A stretch of 64,000 nucleotides of DNA from Lingula anatina (lineage: Eukaryota; Animalia; Brachiopoda): assembly GCA_051362555.1 (NCBI GenBank), contig CM120640.1:29040503-29104502 (forward strand), given 5' to 3'. Shown in pieces: positions 1 through 12,500 of the stretch. A program made the translations under genes and the position numbers. The stretch's first letter is position 1, and each line of letters opens with the position of its first letter. The notes under the pieces were generated by a model. The model was not told the DNA's origin, made no database searches, and was given only the letters and a program-made list of their open reading frames with translations.

Positions 1-549
1 TCGTGATGTTTTATACATGTCAAGTGGTCTTTGGATCTACAAAGCTCTACAGGTTAAAATAAGGCGATTTAGATTAATTTATGGCAATATACAGTTACAT
101 TTAAGGCTCCGTTCTTCCACCCTCCCACACTTCGTTGACTACCCCCTCCATATTGCTCATCCCACCCCCATCATTTATAAACTGCCAGTGCTGCAAGGTG
201 AATCACAGTATCGAAGCGTTATTTTGGAAGCATTAAATTGAAGTTAATCTCGGAGCAAAATGAATGTATAAAACAAATATATTGATAAATTTATGTAAAA
301 AAAAATTAAGATATCCTCTTCCTCTTTCTCTCTAAAATAACATCAAAAGAAAACTAATTTTACTGAAGAGAAATGTAGGGATATGATAATATTAACTAGA
401 AGAAAATGAGAACAGAATTGTCACTGTGAAAGAAATCCTGTACACATGTATATGTATATATCTATATTTACCCAAATCTGCACGCTTATCTTCATGTGCT
501 TCTATATTAATTTTGTTATAAATATGTTTTAGGTGTTAGACGGACAACC

Positions 550-1359
550 ATGCAATTGAAAATTGAGAGACAACTAAAAAAATATGTGACTGATTGCGAA
601 AGGACATTCGAAGAAGTTGAAAAAACAAAGGATGTCGCCGTCAAACGACTGAGGGAGCTGGCGGTCGAATTAGAAGACCAGCAGCGGAAATTGGACATCG
701 CTAAGATCTCGGCTGCATCATCTGGTATATTTGGCGGCGGACTTGTCCTCACGGGCTTTGGGTTGGCTTTCTTTACATTTGGTACTTCGCTCGTGGTAAC
801 AGCTGTGGGCACCGTCGTAGGAGGTACTTCGTTACTGACCAAGGCCGCGACAGATATCGCTGAGGCGGTGATTAACAGCAAAAAGATGAAAAAGGCGCAG
901 GAAGCACTGCAAAAATACAAAGAATCTTTCACTTCAGCCTCAAAATCTATATCCAAACTAAAGAATTTTGTAGCAGATAATAAATTGGACACCCAATCCC
1001 TGGTGCATAATTTACTTGCTAGAGCTGGCCAGCTGTTAAAACACCCAGTTTCGTTATTGGCTCTTCGCGTAGTTTCTTCCACTGTGGTGGCAGGTAGCAG
1101 TGCGGTGATAACCATAAAGGAGGCTGTTTGTAAAGGATCAGTGACGGTGTCAGAAGCCGGGGGACCCTTGATTAAAACACTAACCACTGCACAGAAAATA
1201 GGTAAAGTGGCTGGGGCAACAGGTGCGGTTGTGGGCATAGCTTTTGATTTGAAGGATCTGATTGAAACGTCTATAAAACTGCACAAAAAGAAACATTCAG
1301 AGGTAGCGTGCCAAATACATGCCATGGCAAAGAGTTTGGAAACTTCTTATTCGGCGTAA
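550..1359 (+). CDS. Apolipoprotein L-like protein (269 aa; possibly extended by an upstream exon)
   Basis: Amphipathic helix (KRLRELAVELED) followed by the Gly-rich hydrophobic hairpin IAKISAASSGIFGGGLVLTGFGLAFFTFGTSLVV, matching the ApoL pattern 'IANVV..S..I..GIL.LVG.GLAPFT.G.SL'. The C-terminal FDLKDLIETSIKLHKKKHSEVACQIHAMAKSLE matches the ApoL C-terminal helix (LDVV.LV..S.HL..GAKSE.A.EL...A..LE). A splice-acceptor-like ttttag ends at 532, and AATAAA lies just after the stop. Confidence 0.85.
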   Translation: MQLKIERQLKKYVTDCERTFEEVEKTKDVAVKRLRELAVELEDQQRKLDIAKISAASSGIFGGGLVLTGFGLAFFTFGTSLVVTAVGTVVGGTSLLTKAATDIAEAVINSKKMKKAQEALQKYKESFTSASKSISKLKNFVADNKLDTQSLVHNLLARAGQLLKHPVSLLALRVVSSTVVAGSSAVITIKEAVCKGSVTVSEAGGPLIKTLTTAQKIGKVAGATGAVVGIAFDLKDLIETSIKLHKKKHSEVACQIHAMAKSLETSYSA

Positions 1360-2493
1360 AAATAAAACCAGCGGAGTGATGAAAAGTAACTGAAAATGTT
1401 TGAACTAGAGAAAAGTTGTAAAATCCAAAAATGCCTACATTGAACCTTAATAATTGCCAATGAGCATATTTTTTCGCTATCGTGAAATATACGGTCCCCA
1501 TAGATAACAGCTTTATTTGTAATATTTGTCATAGTATAACTTATGCAAACATTTATAATTTTGACAGTTATGCACTTTATTGATAATGCATGAATTTATG
1601 TATCGTTTATGATATTTTAAGCAATCAATACAATAAGCCTATGACACGTTTTTTCACTGAAACTAGTGAGACAATAATGACAGCCTCTCATGAAAATGCA
1701 CTTCATTCATTTATTTATCACTTTAAAACTGTTAAACATACATCTTAAAGGAAATTGTAACATGTATTGACATTTTTCTTAAAGATTCTTAGATCTCCCA
1801 TTTTGAAGATTGACAATTTAATAGTAAAGTGTGCTTTGGCATTTACAGACAGAAGTGCAGTTGCTGAGGGCAAGGGAGATTGCCTTCAAATATTTTTGAT
1901 ATATCACAGTTTACAAGTGCAATTAAGAGAAATTTTTGCATATTGAGAATTTTATATTTAATTCTGTGGTTACCTGTTGTACCAGTACCTATAATAAAAA
2001 TGGATGTTAAGAAAAAGATATTTTGTAGTTTGTCTTGCTAATGAGAAATTTGACAATGCTCGGATGCTAGGCTATTGTTTATCCCAGGTCTTCTATCTGT
2101 TACAAAAGCGTATATAAGTCATGGCTATATTTTATAAAATATTTTGAAAAATTAAGATAATGGCTTGATGTTTAATGATTGGAAACAAAATATTGGAGAC
2201 ACGTGTGACCCCCACCAACAAATTGGCGCGTGCAACACTTCAATCTATAAAAGCTACCTTAAGATTAAACCCACTTCTTGGTCGTTGTGTCAACCTTACT
2301 GTATACCCTATAAACTTTGTTGATTATCGTAGTACACGTGGGAAAATTTTCTTCTCTTACGAAGAATAACACCTGCATATTATATCAATTTGACCCATAC
2401 ATGAACTACTGTGCAATCGCGTAGATAGCCCATTGCCTCAAAAACACCTGTAACAAGTCAACCACTTCTTGGCTTTGTGCTTTAACCAGAAAG

Positions 2494-3691
2494 ATGAGGG
2501 TCTTGCTTTTTGGGTTGTTCTCTTCGTTGTGTGTCCTGGTATCTAGCCAGGATGTTAACATGCTCCTTGAAGAGATAGATCAGCTGCGTTTCCAGCTTAA
2601 GAAGGCACAATCCTCATTAACAAAGCTGCAGAATAAGTGTATGGCTGGTCAAGGTTTGTACAGACATTTTTTTTAGATATTTTAGCCAATGTTTTATGCT
2701 ACAAAGGACAAATTTCAATTTCACATTTTACTATAAAGAGTAAAGTAAACGGGCTCGTTGAGATCGTTATGAACACAGTAAAAAGATAAAACTCCCAAGA
2801 TACAAGTCCCAAAACCTACCAACTTACTACATTGATCTCCTTAGCAATTCCCTCGGACTTCGTGCAATTTGGACAGTCTTCCTACAAACTGGTGACAAAC
2901 CCGAAGCTGGCGTACAAGCCTGCGGAGGATTACTGCAGAACGCTGCACCCTCGGGCTCACCTCGTCACTATCGAGTCCAAGGAAGAGAACCAGTTTTTGC
3001 GCGACCTCATGGTTAATGGTGAGACAAATTAGAAAGCTTTCCTAACCAATAAATATGATACACAGTTGTTGTAGTGTTTCGGTCATTGTTTTTACATCTT
3101 AGTGTGAAATTTTCTCAGCAAGAAAAGTTATTTAGCTGCTTTCGAGAAATTTAAGTAGTTTGTTCCTAGAATTTTGTCGATGCTTTAATTTATTCAAAGT
3201 GTAATGTTATAAGAATACATATATGTTTAAATTTCCAAGAAGGGCCCATATTTGTTTTTACATTCAGGGCAAACAGTTGATCACGACTACTTCTGTCGCT
3301 TCAAATAAGGCTAGCGCATATGTTCTGGTAACAAAATTAAGAAACGGAAACGCTTTCTCGTATTGCTCTCGGGTTCGGCCACAAAGATCATAGTTTAACC
3401 TGTATAATATCTCTCATTTTATCTATTCTGTAACCAGACCATGGCACTTATTTCGCCCTCATCGGAGGAAACGATCTTGCCCAGGAGGGCGATTGGCGCT
3501 GGATATCCACAGGGAAACCCATGCAGTACACTAACTGGACGCCAGGCATGCCTGACAACAGCGGCAACTACGAACACTGCGTCACCATGCTGGACAGTGG
3601 GAAGTGGAACGATCTGGGTTGTGATTACGTTGAAGATGGTTTCTTTTGTGAGATCGATCCTGATCTCTCAACTGAGAGTATCTTGGGCTAG
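2494..3691 (+). CDS. Secreted C-type lectin (perlucin-like); 3 exons: 2494-2653, 2845-3018, 3438-3691
   Basis: Signal peptide MRVLLFGLFSSLCVLVSS and a short coiled coil. GT-AG phase-1 junctions join in frame to give a CTLD: AEDYCRTL...HLVTIESKEENQFL...LIGGNDLAQEGDWRW...YTNWTPGMPDNSGNYEHCV...KWNDLGC...FFCEI*. AATAAA at about 3935. Confidence 0.92.
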
Positions 3692-4165
3692 GAACATTTT
3701 GCAACTCGCGATCGTATAGACCCTTGAATATCATGCCCAGTATATGTGGCTGGCTGGCCTCTAGACTTCGTTCAAGTCTGGTACCTTGTAACATGTATCT
3801 ACCTAAGATGGTAGGGATAAGTATGTACATTTCTCGTCTTTTATTGAATCAAATTTACATAGTTCCTTTTGGGATGTAATAGTCATATTGAAAGTTAACT
3901 CGATGTACTTTCATAAACTTAAGGACAAAAACTGAATAAAAATATCAGATTTCAGCATCGCTTGAATGTAATTTTTCAACAATTTTATAAGTATTTTACT
4001 AAGAGCTGTTGTAGGGAACTAGAGATTGCACATTTTACAACGACAAAAAGTGACAACAACACGCAAATACTGCACACATTTTAATCCGTAAACAAACAAG
4101 AAAAAGCAGCTTTTCATGATTTAGTTAATACATCAGTACACAGGGGTTTCAGTAAATCAGCTTAC

Positions 4166-4790
4166 CATCAGATTAAGGAATGATAAAGAGGTTTGCAGTC
4201 CTTCCCTCTCTCAAATGTCTTCTCCAGTCAATGGCAATGAGTTTTTCAAATAAAGTTTAAACTGTAAACTAATCATTGACCTCCTTATGAAGACAAGGTT
4301 CATATGATGTAATTGTAGATAACATAACTTAAACATTTGATAACGTTACTATTTCATAAATCATTTTGAATAATACGCAGACATGTAACCAATAATATGA
4401 AAGTTTGATATTGATATTGGTTTGATATATATTGATATAACAGTACATATATATATTTTGAATAATAAGATATGAATCCACTGATATATATATATATAAT
4501 AAATCATTTTGAATGATATTAAGATAGGTAACCAATAGCATATAAGGTAATCATCAGATATAAGGAATGAAAAGAGGTTTGCAATCCTTATCACTAATGT
4601 GTTCTTCAGTCAAAGGCTATGATATTTCAAATAAAGTTTAATCTGTAAACCATTCCTTGACCTCAATAAGAAGACAAGGTTCATATTATGTTATTATAGA
4701 TAACATAACTAAAGCCTTGATTATCTTCTCTTTGGTTTGATTTCACAAATTATTCAGAGTTATATGCAGATATATAACCTATGATATATC
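4166..4790. repeat. Diverged direct duplication (period about 385 bp)
   Basis: catcagat..taaggaatga..aagaggtttgca...caaataaagtttaa.ctgtaaac...aagacaaggttcatat...tagataacataact occurs at ~4166-4330 and ~4552-4710, with weaker similarity continuing downstream. Confidence 0.8.
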
Positions 4791-5204
4791 ATGTATAATT
4801 ATGTAGCAGTATATAAATAAGAATTACAAACATGCATGATTTGCATAAATATGTTTAGAGAAATTATCAATTCCATACCTAATCTTTCTTTGGCTATTAT
4901 CTAATAACATTGAAAAACAATGCATTAGTACTTCATCAATATTATATTATATTTGTGTGATTTCAATTTGTACCATAACCCACAGTTTTTCAAAGTAAGA
5001 TAAGAACTTATTGGCCAATATTCCAAACTCAAAAATACAGATTAATTGTACAATCAATTATACAGATCCAATATTGTATTTTGAGCACCAAGCAGTACTC
5101 CATAACTTCAAAATGGTAATTTAAGTGTTAGTCATGTTATATTCCCATTATAACACATTCAATACTTAAAATGCAATATTGCACTTTTTAGTCTTTATGA
5201 TCAT

Positions 5205-5325
5205 ACGGTTTATTTGTATCACTTTCTCTCCTAAGCAGTTCAATACACTAAGATATTCCCTTCTACGATTTACCAGTATCACTTTCCCTCCTAAGGAGTT
5301 CGATACGCTAAGATTTTCCCTTATC
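5205..5325. repeat. 60-bp tandem duplication
   Basis: gtatcactttc.ctcctaag.agttc.atac.ctaagat.ttccctt at 5216 and 5276. Confidence 0.8.
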
Positions 5326-5709
5326 TACTTAGAAAATGCAGAAATAAAAAGGTTCATGTTATGAGAAAATACCATCATATCTCAAATATATCAGGGTGAA
5401 TTTGTTAATCCAAGCTGATTACTTATCAGCAGCACTTTGGGGGTAAAACTGTTATATCCACTTCAAACACACTTCTCTCACCTGATCAGCTATCAGACAT
5501 TGTTCTAATGTCTATTTCATCACAACAATAAGTACTACAATCTGGTACCAGGAACTATTTTGAAAGGCTTATTTCTGATAATATCATTACAGTGTCAAGT
5601 TAATGCCTTAGTTTAATGAAACATCTTAATTAGAGGTTCATATCTCTTATAATAAAATTATATAAACCCCAAACGATGGACCAGAATTGTAGTGCACATC
5701 CTGGTCATC

Positions 5710-5940
5710 AACTATGCCAATATTTATTATAATACCTTAGTTATATCAGCAACCCATCCTTATCTCACACCATTAACTATGCCAATATCTATTATAATAC
5801 CTTAGTTATATCAGCAACCCATCCTTATCTCACACCATTAACAATGCAGATATATCAACAATATATTTATTATAATACCTTAGTTATATCAGCAACCCAT
5901 CCTTATCTCACACCATTAACAATGCAGATATATCAACAAT
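5710..5940. repeat. Minisatellite, three copies of a ~65-87-bp unit
   Basis: tattataataccttagttatatcagcaacccatccttatctcacaccattaac occurs three times. Confidence 0.9.
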
Positions 5941-6555
5941 AAACACTTCACCACCATGTACGCTGAAATGTGTGGGAGGTAACTGTAGTCACAAGAAAAA
6001 AAAAAAAAAAAGGGAGATTTTACTCTTATGTGTTTTAATCTTTTAATTTCCTAATACTAAGTATTTTATATTAAAGAAATTGGGAAAGGGCTATTTTGCC
6101 AAATGTAGACATTTTAATGTATCGAACCCCTCAAATCAAACTGTCTAGGTATTTAAAAAAACATTTGGTAATGAAACATGGTTAGCAAAAGCTTAGCATA
6201 ATACCAATAAAAGCAAGCAATAGCATGAAGAAAGTCATATTTGAAAACACACTTAAATATGGAAATACCCCCGTAATCACACTATGAGGCTAGAAGAAGT
6301 GTATACTAGTATCTCATATTAAATCGTTTTAAATTTTAATTTTTGGCTCTTGGCACATAAATTTTTGAAAAGGATAAATGAGGTGAAATTAAAGCTGCAT
6401 ATCTTTCTAATTTGACACAAACTTTTCAAGATTTGAAATAACTGGATATATGATAGTCACTAGCACATAGCATTTGTCCTTGATAGTCCACAAAAAGCAA
6501 AAAAAAAAAAAAATCTTTTAAGACTTCTGCACTCCAATGAAAAATGCATGCACAT

Positions 6556-9500
6556 TTAAAATTGGCTTTCAGGATTGGTCATCATTTTGAGAGTTTCTTT
6601 CCAAATATGATCGCAGTGTTTGACTTGAAAGTTTTCTGGGAACCCATCCTCCTGCACCAAAGATGGAATTTCTGGTCCATCTTTGCTTTCTATGTAGGAA
6701 TAGAGCTGGTGACCTAACCTGATTAGAGATGAAACCAAGACAAGATTAGTGACAAACTGTCTGACATTTCTTAATCTTCTACACAAATACAAGCATCTTA
6801 TTTTATATCTACATACTAAAGGGCAAAATATAAATGAACTGATTATAAACTTATCAGGCAGCAAGTCAAAAAGTTCATAATTTATAACCGCTTTTAATCA
6901 AGAAAAATGTGTTATTAAACTGATACCTTTATTAACACTGTTATATTCTTTGAGACAAGTTGATTGATAGTAAAATACAAACACTACGTAAGTCTACCCA
7001 ATTCTCATAAAAACATTTTAAAATGAATGCCCCTGTTACCTGTCATCAGCAATTTCTACAGCATCTTCATCCATGGCCACTTCTCTCTTGTCACACACAT
7101 ACAGCACAATGAATTCAAACAACTCACAGAGAAAAGTTTCAGTATTCAAGTGTTTTAAGGCCTCTTTCAAAGGAACCACTTGTTCGGGGCTCAACTTTTC
7201 TCTGTAGCGATCGTCCAGGGTATGGAAAGAGTCCTAGAAGAGTTCAAAGGTAAATTGCACGTTACAAAACAAAAAAGAAAAGATGAAAATGACTTCTGAA
7301 TCAAATCCTTTCCAATCAGAAAACAGCCATAGCCTTGTGTTTAAATATAAGTTATGATAATCTTTATCAAGCTTTAGATTACTTTACACTATTCAGGTCA
7401 AAATTGCAGAAAGAAAAAAGTGGGACTAGCAACCAGGAAGTAATGGTGAATGTAAATTTCAATTTCAGTGATTTCATTGGGTACTGCTGTAGAGAAGGAC
7501 CTACCTGTTTCCTCTTAGTTAAATGTTTGGCCTGTTCATAGGCAAGAACCAGCCACAGCGACTTTACATGGCTCAGGCTACAGTGCTGTCTTGCCTAAAG
7601 ATGGTTAAAATACCATGAAACTTTGATCCAATAACTATAATACAGCTTTGTGTATCATAAGTGAAAATGTAAATTTTATAACTAATGAATCAAAAATAAT
7701 TTTGAAGAGGAAAATAAGTCATCTATAAAAACTTATAGGATAAAATGGGAATTTACATGTAAAATTGCTAAATACTACAAAACTGTACCTTTGCACTTTT
7801 CAATCCAGTCTCTAAGCTTAAAGTATTTTGCATGAATTCTGCAATTTTTGACCCAGGTTCTCCACCAACTGTTACCAGGAATTCTGCACTCAGATCCAAA
7901 GCCACCAGAGAATCTGAGATATCCTGGAAGTCTCGTAGCTCACTAACTATCTGGTGCTTAACTTGGTGGGACAATGGTTCCTGCAATTAGAATGGTTCAC
8001 ATTGAAAAAAATTACGACTGCAATTAGAATTTGCTTTTAATACTTTCTGCACAGTTTACATGATATAAGCAGATATCTTTCTAGGGTAAAAACCTGTAAA
8101 TTGTAATTGATACAGAGTAATATTTTCTTTGTGAATATTGGATATAATATAATTTTATGTCAAACAAAAAGCACCTACTTCTGATGAAAATTCCCCGAGG
8201 CACCTCTGCACAAAAGCCTTACCTGAGGTATCTTCTCTTCCAAGTCTCTGAAGAGTCTAGCATGTGTTGTATCTTCTCTGAAAGTTATGGTGTCCAACTG
8301 AAAAGGAGCAAAAGTCCTCTAATTTTTTTCTCTTTATTTGTTTTCAGTGTGAACAAAATATATGGTTTTACATATCAATTTTTCACATACTAAAAGAATT
8401 AGAATAATTTAGACAATCTTTTCATGGAATATTTCACCATATTGCTAAACATCAATAACAACAAAAGGTAAAAAAAATGGCATATCTGTATACCTGTCCA
8501 CCAAGCCTGACTTTCCCTTTCAAAAAACACTCCTCAATTTGTTTTCCCAGTGCATCGTAATCATACTGCAGTTCTGATTCTTGCCGTGTGGACCCAGCTG
8601 ATGTTGGTGATATTTTATATGAATAGTTGCAGCTAGCCAAGATGAGAGGCATCAAGTCATGCTCAGGGTGGTAGGAGATTAGGTGTGACACAATCAGGTC
8701 CTTTGGTTGGACAACATCTTCAGGTATGGCACTAGTAATATATATGTGCACAACTTTAGATGTTAACTTTTTGTACTTGCTAAATCCATGACCATTCAGT
8801 TACATTTGTTGTCTTAAGTTGGGACATAAAATATTCTCCAACTTCCTCTGGTTACTATGTGCTTCCATGATTTCATCTTGCAACATCTCTACAATACTGT
8901 ATGATGCAGGATAATTTTCCTTTGAGACAAATTCTCTTTATACTATACAGTCAGTCCATATGAATGAAAAGATTGAAATTTATGAAAGTATTTGAATCAC
9001 CAAGAACACTTGCATCTTACATGTATTTTAAGGCTCAGAGTAAGAGGTGGAGAAAAGAACATGAGTTGAAGGTAATATATATATATATATATATATATAT
9101 GAATAAATAAATAAACTTCAAAACAAAACAAGCCTGGAATATTATACCACCCCCTTACTTTTTTCTGTATTTCCAGTAGTGTTCTTCCAGAAAGTCATTC
9201 TGTAGGTTGATAAGATGGCGCACTAGGGCCAGGGAGCACACACCATGACCACGAGAGTTTGGAAGAAGTATGGACAGAGGAGTACTGTCTTCAATCTGCA
9301 TTCTACATTGCTCTTTAGGTACTCTTAGTATACCATTGGCAACTTTAACTCCTGAAAGTTTATCAAAATACTTTGAAAAAATACAGTAAGGCAAATATAC
9401 AGACAATTTACAGAGAAAGAGTCATTCCTGTTGGTCAATTTTCAAATAACATTTTAATCAACATCTTATACATAATAAAATTATCCACTTTTGCAATAGT

Positions 9501-12500
9501 TATACTGACTGCTGTCCTGGCTGCTTCTGAGTTCGCTATTTTACACATTGCTGAGTTCTCAATTTAAACCATCTTTAATGATTAATATGTTTGTTTCACA
9601 CCTGCAACCATGATATTGAAATAATTAAGTCACAAAATTGGGAAGGTTACTTCCAATAGAAAAATAATATGTAAAACAATTCTAACATGTAACAGCTCCT
9701 TGCATAGCACAATATATTGGTGAAAAGAAATTGTGAACATAATCAATTATCATGCTATCAATGAACTATAGAGTCTACTATCTAATATTAAATAAAACAA
9801 AAACTCATATCTGAAAACAAAAAATACAACTTAACTTCGATCTGCTGAATACATGCAGGCATTTACAGTGTGTGTAATGAGATACTAACGACTAGGCTAA
9901 TTTAAAAGAGAAATCATTATTCCAGGAAAAATGGGCTTATTTCTTCATCTTAAAGTTTACAACAAAGAAGTAACACAAGACTGTATAAATTTTGAAACTA
10001 TTTTGTGGATAATTCTGGCATGTTCTTAATATTACATGTGTTAAATCTACCTTTTGCTGCAATTTCTTCTCTAACTGTATACCAAGCCTCTTTGAAGCAC
10101 TCAATCAAGGTCTGCATCTCCATCTTTTCTGGTCCTATAAAATATCAACCACATCTTTGCCATCACTGAGATTAAGGCATTCTGTAAACAAATTTAGAAG
10201 GTAGATATCAGATTGGCATCATTAATGTATTTTTTTAAAGATATACCTTAACAACTAATAGTAAAAGCAATGACTCAAAGGTTCTTACCCTCTACCATCT
10301 TTTCAAGCATCTCTTTAATTGTGATACTCATTGCCTCATTCTTGTTAACACGTCTTTGGTGACCCTGTGAAAGCAGCCGCTGTAGCTTGAGTATGCTGGG
10401 AAGGTGGCGCAACATCCTAAGAGAGTGTTCCTAAAATATGCCATAAACAATATAAACTTCTTATTTAATAATTATAAACCTGTGAGTGAAATAATGCTTC
10501 TAAAAGTTTACAGTTTCAGGAACAACTGAATTGCTGTTTAGTGCAAGTGCTTGTTTGTTACAGACACACCTAACTATAAGGGTGCCCATAGATTTTAGAT
10601 TGATCTATCCTCGTGGGGAGTCTCACTAGATTACTATCAGATAATCTGGCTGAAATGTCCGTCACGCCTACTACAAGCTTTAAGGTGGTAATTAACTTTC
10701 ATGCCCGCTCGGCTGACAGATATTTAGTGTGAACCCCGAGGGAGTTAGGTTGATCTAGTTGGATCAATCTAATCTCTGGGAATGGGGTCTAAGAGCAGAT
10801 GCATGCTGTACCTTCTGCAAGAATGCCTGAAGTATGAGCAGCTGGTGTGGTTTCTGTCCTCTTTTACTTGTCATGAATTCACTCAACTCCTGTGTGACAT
10901 TATTAATGGTGATTCGGGAACGGAACCTCCACACTTCAGGTTCCTCTGCCAGCTGGTCAACCTGCAGGACATCTCTACCTGTGTCAACTCTCTCTGTCTC
11001 ATACACTAGCTTTATCAATGGATTGTTACCTACAAATTTGAGCAGACACGCATGTATTTTTTATTATCTGTAGAAGTGACATACAAAGAAAAAAAAAACA
11101 GTTTTCAGTTGCTCTCATGCATTTACTTGCATGACTGGCATCATATCTACCTGACCACACTTTCAGTCAGGTAAGACTTAACAAAGCATTTTCAATATAT
11201 GTCAAATTTACAAAATGTTTGTACATTAAATGTGAGTGAAAAGATGCCTCTGAATATAAGGAAAGGGTTTGCTTTCCTGCAATATCAAGTAATTCTCTCA
11301 CCCAGTCTTTCGTCTTTGGCCAGGTACTGGTTGGCATTGTTCAATTTATTTTCTAGACCCTAAAATAAAATAATCCATGTTTAAGTCTTTTCTATTCAAT
11401 AATTTAAATACTATTTTAGCTTTCTAGTTTATCTAGTACTATAAACATGGAGCTGTTATACAAATTCTGCCACATGTAAAAATTAAGATGCACTGTTTAT
11501 AAATGATTCAAGAGTCTCTTACACTGACAATAGGGGTGATAAAGACTCTAGCAAATTCTGCCTCCCAAGTTTGTCTGGACTGTTTGTTTCCCCATCCACT
11601 AGATCTATCAGCTAAAAAGATACAAACAAAGTTATAAAAACATACATACCAATTTTATTTTGTGCATGTGCAACAATCTTGTTAGACTAGAGTACCTGCA
11701 TGACTTCTCATATAAACACATTGTCTGTCAGGAATTATATCATTACTTATCATAAATGATTATATGTTAAAAGAGAAGGAGAGAAAGCCGAGCATTCAGT
11801 GGTTTTTACATACAGTAAGTAAATTGGCAAATTCTTCCAAACGAAGTATACACAAAATCAATTTGCTTGAATCTGCAATCAAGGACTATGGTCCTGGGTC
11901 CTACCTGATGTTTCATTTATCAAAATGTTCTGGATGATCATGTGCATCATCAGTACACAGTCTTCTGGGCTCTTGCGAATGGTCCTGCTCAGAGTTTGGA
12001 TATCCGCTTGAATGTGCTGCCACAGAAAGGTATTCACTCCATTTGCAAGGTTTACACCTTGGATTAAACTCGCAACTCCCTGCAATGATGTTAAAATGTG
12101 AGAACAGAATGTGAGAGAACAGAATGTGCAAATTTGTACAGAATCTGTGTGAACAGTTTCCACATATAAGTAGTGTTAAAAGAGAATTTCAATAATGAGC
12201 TGTAAATTTCCCTTACTGCTTACTAATGAATTCTAAATTCAAATTGTGACAAACAACATTAACTTATTACCATGTTCCTTTTGTGCTTCAACTAAATATA
12301 TTCAGCCATTGCCAGTACACATAAAACCAATACATGCAAACTCCTACGTATCCACAACCAATTTGTCAAATTTATTATGTATGGTACATATATAGACAAA
12401 TAATTTGCTGATTTAATAAATGCATGTAGCCATGATATAAATATACATTCTATAAATTTTCTTGAAGACCCCATTCCCAAAGATATTTAGATCTATATAT

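Noticed and set aside
516-1325. 269-aa antisense ORF mirroring the ApoL-like gene
   Set aside because: Codon-register shadow of the + strand gene, with no recognisable motifs.
2335-2352. NF-kB-like site (GGGAAAATTTTC) upstream of the lectin
   Set aside because: Does not match GGGRNNYYCC fully and is expected by chance in AT-rich DNA.
3441-3719. ORF-track 92-aa protein MALISPSS...
   Set aside because: Wrong frame of lectin exon 3; the spliced frame gives the CTLD motifs.
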